Position numbers and translations under genes: made by a program. A DNA stretch of 64,000 bases, taken from assembly GCA_009914755.4 (NCBI GenBank), contig CP068257.2, forward strand, positions 25,856,001 through 25,920,000, read 5' to 3'. Within the stretch, counting starts at the first letter, position 1. Every line of letters starts with the position of its first letter. This DNA is from the human T2T-CHM13v2.0 reference genome, Homo sapiens. Of this stretch, positions 58,438-64,000 are shown one piece after another. Below the pieces are notes generated by a model. That model saw only the letters and a list, made by a program, of their open reading frames with translations. It was not told where the DNA came from and made no database searches.

Positions 58438-58640
58438 GAAAATAATATTTAGAAACCAAGAACTGGATGTTAAGTGTGCTCACTGCTATTGGAGTGTCAG
58501 TGCTTTTAGTAGTTCTCGGTGGATAGAGACAGGAAATGTATGTATGTTCATTAATACCTGCATTCACACCTATCTCTCTGTTAACACACACATACAGTTC
58601 ATTTCAACACCATGGGCATCATTCTCTCTTTCCTTCTTTT
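58438..58640. repeat. Copy B of the same roughly 210-bp duplicated segment, about 480 bp downstream of copy A and in the same orientation
   Basis: gaaaataatatttagaaaccaagaactggatgttaagtgtgctcactgctattggagtgtcagtgcttttagtagttctcggtggatagagacaggaaatgtatgtatgttcattaatacctgcattcacacctatctctctgttaacacacac…. Confidence 0.6.
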
Positions 58641-59351
58641 CTTATTTATAACTTCTTGGGAAGTCTGACTTTTATTATCAAGAATATATTTGTTTATCTT
58701 TTCAACCTTAGTATAAAAGTAAAATAATTTAAGAATTTGTAATTCATTACCAACTAGAATATAGTGTTTGTGTACAGTTTGTTTGCCTTTAGCCATACAA
58801 TATTCAGTCAAAATAATGTTTTTCACAGTTTCCAAGAACAGCTCCCTTCTTCGTTATCCCCTTGAGTGTGGGTATGTGATTCATTTGTAAGACATTTAGA
58901 TCCATTTATTGCAATCTACATTCCATCTTTCCCCATACACTGACTGGTATGTTTTTAACATTCACATGCAGTGATAATTATTTTTTGTGGTGTACAGTTT
59001 GATTTGTTTTGACAAATGGATACAGACATGTACCCACCGCAACAATTCCATACAGAAGAGTCCTATCACCCCCAAAATGTTCTTCTGGTAACTTTTCATC
59101 ATCAAACCATCCCCATTTTTCCCAAATCCTGCAATAACAGATCTGTTGTTTTGTCCATATAGTTTTGCTTTTTCCAGAGTCTTATGCAGATGGAATTATG
59201 ACGTGTACAGTTTTTGGGTCTGATTTTTTTTTTGGCAACTAGCAAAATATATTTTAAGATTTATGCATATTGTAGCATCAATAAATATTTTTGTTTCTGT
59301 TTTTTGACTACTATTTTCCTTGTAGGGAATATGCTAAAAAGAGAATTTAAA

Positions 59352-59612
59352 TCACCCAGGCTGGAGTACAGTGGCAAGATAATGGCTCACTGCCGCATAA
59401 AACTCCTGGGCTCAAGTGATCCTCCTGCTTCAGCTTCCTGAGTAGCTGGGACTATAGGCAGGAGTCACCATATTTGTTAATTTTTTTTTAATTTTTAGAA
59501 ATTGGGTCTTACTATGTTAACCAGCTGGTCTCGAACTCTTGGCCTAATGTGATCCTCCTGCCTCAGCTTCCCATAGCATTTAGATTACAGATATGAGGCA
59601 CTGAGACCGGCC
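59352..59612 (-). mobile_element. Old Alu (AluJ/FRAM-like), antisense, diverged
   Basis: cacccaggctggagtacagtggcaagataatggctcactgccgcataaaactcctgggctcaagtgatcctcctgcttcagcttcctgagtagctgggactataggc…gatcctcctgcctcagcttcccatagcatttagattacagatatgaggcactgagaccggcc. Confidence 0.7.
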
Positions 59613-60744
59613 AACCTCACTTTTTTTTTTTAATAATTTTTTTCTAGTGTGCTCCAAATTTAAAGATAGGTTACATTGATTTTCTTTCAAATGTATATGA
59701 GGAAAAGTTTTTTTTGTTTCCATTTCACTTTTCGTCTGAGCTATGGTGAACAGAGTTCCAAGGAAAAGGGGATAATTACTAGTTAAGTTGACATTTAGTA
59801 ACTGGTGTTTTACTGAGTAAAGTTATATTCATGTCCAAAGGCTCTACAGAAATATACATGTAGTTGGAACAAATCTGAAAGCATCATCATTTGTAGAAAT
59901 GCAGAGAAGTTATTTAGGGAAAGTATTATGTCCAAGCACAATAGTCTATGATCAATAATCAGGGACTGAGTTCAAACCCTAACTCCAGTGCTTACTACCT
60001 GTTTACTACCTGTGTGGCCAGTGTCTCAATGTCCTCATTTCTAAGGTGGGATAACAATATCTACATCACAAAGGTTATTTTGAGCTTTAAATAAGATACA
60101 GATTTTTAAAGTGTTTAACATAGTACTTGGGATGTAGTAAGTGCGTAATAAATGTTAAGTATATGTAGATATTTATTTATATATCTCCTAGAGAAAATTC
60201 CCTGCCCCAAAACATGTGTTTCTAATCTAAATAACTAAATAACTAGGTGATAAATTCCTGAGTATAAGATTAGAAGTCTGCTGAAAGGGGAAGGAGATTG
60301 TGGAGAGGACTCTGTTGAGTGTCATCCTCTATAATAGTGTGACCAAAGAAGGCTGTCTAAACTGTGCTTCACATAGAATTTTCCAGTTCTATCTGACATT
60401 CCAAAAAGAGGGGTCAGAAATGAGGCCCCAAAATAGCCTTGTGTATGTGTTTATGTTTATAAATGGTTGATTTATTACATAGTAATTGGTAAGTTTATGG
60501 AAGTATGTAAAAGATATACACAAAAGGCAAATCCACTTTATTGTAAGTTGGACTGACTTTTATTGTGGACGTTCAGTGTTGATCTTTCCTAGATTGCAAT
60601 AATTCTACCTGTGTGACATCTTTTCTATCTGTACAAGTTGAAACAGTGTCAACAATAAAATAAAAATGAGTATGTGGCTGTTATTTAACCATTTAAATGC
60701 ATCTCCAGATTCGTTATCTTATTTGATACTTTAACACACATTTA

Positions 60745-60768
60745 CACACACACACACACACACACACA
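60745..60768. repeat. (CA)n microsatellite, about 12 units
   Basis: Direct read of the sequence. Confidence 0.9.
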
Positions 60769-61842
60769 TTCACACAGAGATCTTGTGAGGTAAGAATGGC
60801 AGACCTTGCTAATCTTATTTGACTTTTCTCTGAGCTATTGTATTACCTCCTTAAAAGCTTTCCTGTCTGTAATCTTTTGCTGTTTCCATTCTTCTTACTA
60901 TTGCTGAATAATTATCATCAAGCATCCATCATCTCTCTACTTCAGAAGAGTTTAATTATTTCTGATTATTATTCTAAGTACCAGAAATAGTAAAAAGAAA
61001 TAATTAATCAAGAAAATAAATAAATAAAATATGACACATCTTTTCCCCTAGGAGAATATATCCATCTAGATCAATGCCAAAATTAAGTGTGATAAGTACT
61101 ATAACAGAAAGATATAGAGATCATCGTAGAAGACAGAAGAGAGAGACATCTAAGTCAGACTTGGCAGGCAGGAAAAGCTTCCTTGATGAAGAAATGTATA
61201 GTCTGAATTTTGAAGGCCCAGAAGGAAGTCCAAGATGGTAAAAGGCCGAGCATTTCATTTTCAAGGCATTATAGCTGTAAAGGCACAAAGGCATGAAACA
61301 CGTGGGGACTGTGGATGGTTCAGTTAACAGAGGGAGATAGTAGTGGAGTGGTAAAAAATGATGAGAGGCAGTAAAAATTCATATGACAACATTTGTGATA
61401 AATATAACATTACCTTAAAAGAGTTGGAGAAAATGGATGCACTTTGAGCCTCTATGTAACATGATTGTAATTATAGAAATACCATTCTGAAAATAATGTG
61501 GAAGATGGATTGGACATGGGGTATGAGAGCTGGTGAGACCAAGCAGCCAGGCAAAGGGGTGTTGCAGAATTTCAGGATGTAGCAATGAGTGTCATAAGTT
61601 GAATAGTATTTATGAGACTGCAATAAAATGAAGGGAGCTAGAAAGAGATAACTCAGAAGTATGGGGAGAAGATGGGGATTGAATTCATGAATTTAGGAAA
61701 CACATCTATGGTGTGGGCTTGTGGGTAAAGGGATGTCTCTTGTATGCAAATATGGATGGAAAAGGAAGAACAAGTGCAAGAAATTAATACAGCACATGTT
61801 ATTTGGAATATTCTGTGTTTAAAAGTAGACATCTGATAGGCT

Positions 61843-62159
<317 letters not shown>

Positions 62160-62810
62160 TGATAGGCATTTAATATATGTCAACTGCTGGACACAGAGGC
62201 ATGAGATAGAAAATTGGCGTTTATTAACATACACATGGAATATGAAGCAAAAGGTTTGGATGAGTATACTTAGAAAACTGATGTAGGAAGGACAGAGGAC
62301 TATAGCTTAAGCTACATTTAAAGGACAATGAAAAAGAAGACCATGCAGGAAGCTGAGGATAAAGGCTAGGTGAATCAAAAGAAATCAGAGAGCAGCAGGA
62401 TGGCTATCAAGGAAGAAGAGTTTCAAGAAGAAAGGGGGTGCTCAACTTTGCAAAAAAACAAAGAATTTCAGTCAGAAAGGAAAGAACGATATTCATTGTA
62501 TAGTCAACATTAAGTCACTGAAGGACTTAAGAAGAGCATTTGTATTGACCTATGGCTGGTGTTGTGGACTAAACTATTTCCCTTAAAATGTGTATGTTTA
62601 AGTCCTAACAGCTAGTACCTCAGAATGTAAACAATTTGGAGATAGAACTTTGGTTAAGCAGGACAAAAATACAGTCACATAGAAGGAATAAGTTTTAATA
62701 TTTGATAGTACATTAGGAAAATTATAGTTAAGAACAATTTATTGGATATTTCAAAATAACTAGAAGAGAAGATTTGTAGTGTTCCCAAAACAAAGAAAAA
62801 TGTTTTAGGT

Positions 62811-63152
<342 letters not shown>

Positions 63153-63239
63153 TCATTATGCATTGTATACAGGTATGAAAATATCACATCTACCCACAAA
63201 ATCGCTACAAAACTAAACAAAATGAGTTGTTAGAGTGGA

Positions 63240-63800
<561 letters not shown>

Positions 63801-63915
63801 AACCTGGGAAGGAGGTAATTTTATGAAAAGATGAGGACTAAGTTGGAGCAATGGATGTGGGTCACTCTTATAAGCTTTACAGTTAAAGGCAGCATTTTTT
63901 AGAGTAGAGAGAAAT

Positions 63916-64000
63916 TTTTTTTTTTTTTTTTTTTTTAAGATGAAGTCTACCTCTGTCGCACAGGCTGGAGTGCAGTGACGCAATCTTGGCTCTCTGCAAC
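63916..64000 (-). mobile_element. Antisense Alu, 3' portion only (cut off by the window edge)
   Basis: 21-nt T-run, then aagatgaagtctacctctgtcgcacaggctggagtgcagtgacgcaatcttggctctctgcaac. Confidence 0.8.

Overview
This window is mammalian, almost certainly human or hominoid, nuclear DNA. It is not a prokaryotic locus. It is AT-rich, has no CpG-island-like stretch that I can see, and is dominated by primate interspersed repeats. By my rough tally these include about 20 Alu copies (AluJ, AluS and AluY-like, both orientations), at least five separate L1 insertions concentrated in a 10-kb block (37.9-47.8 kb), several ERVL-MaLR elements (THE1, MST and MLT1-like) including two LTR-internal-LTR copies, and many microsatellites. 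Several of the microsatellites grew out of retroelement poly-A tails. Recognisable transposable elements cover roughly 35-40% of the window by hand count, and older elements I could not name (MIR, L2, decayed LTRs) are probably present as well. I found no convincing protein-coding exon, tRNA, rRNA, CRISPR array or operon-like structure. Every long ORF in the supplied track lies inside an L1 ORF1 or ORF2 remnant, a non-coding MaLR internal region, or an antisense Alu. I therefore do not support a novel biological system here. The most likely setting is a gene-poor intergenic or deep-intronic segment. The most concrete structural observations are: an L1PA copy with a twin-priming 5' inversion and intact 13-bp target-site duplications (TSDs); a young L1PA 3' fragment with a 15-20-bp TSD nested in older L1; a complete MaLR provirus flanked by a perfect 5-bp TSD (GGCTT); an MLT1-like LTR-internal-LTR element; a roughly 210-bp local duplication that I cannot assign to a repeat family; and a 393-bp A-tailed segment between two L1s that could be an ancient 3' transduction. 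All family and subfamily names are from memory of consensus sequences and should be confirmed with RepeatMasker/Dfam.
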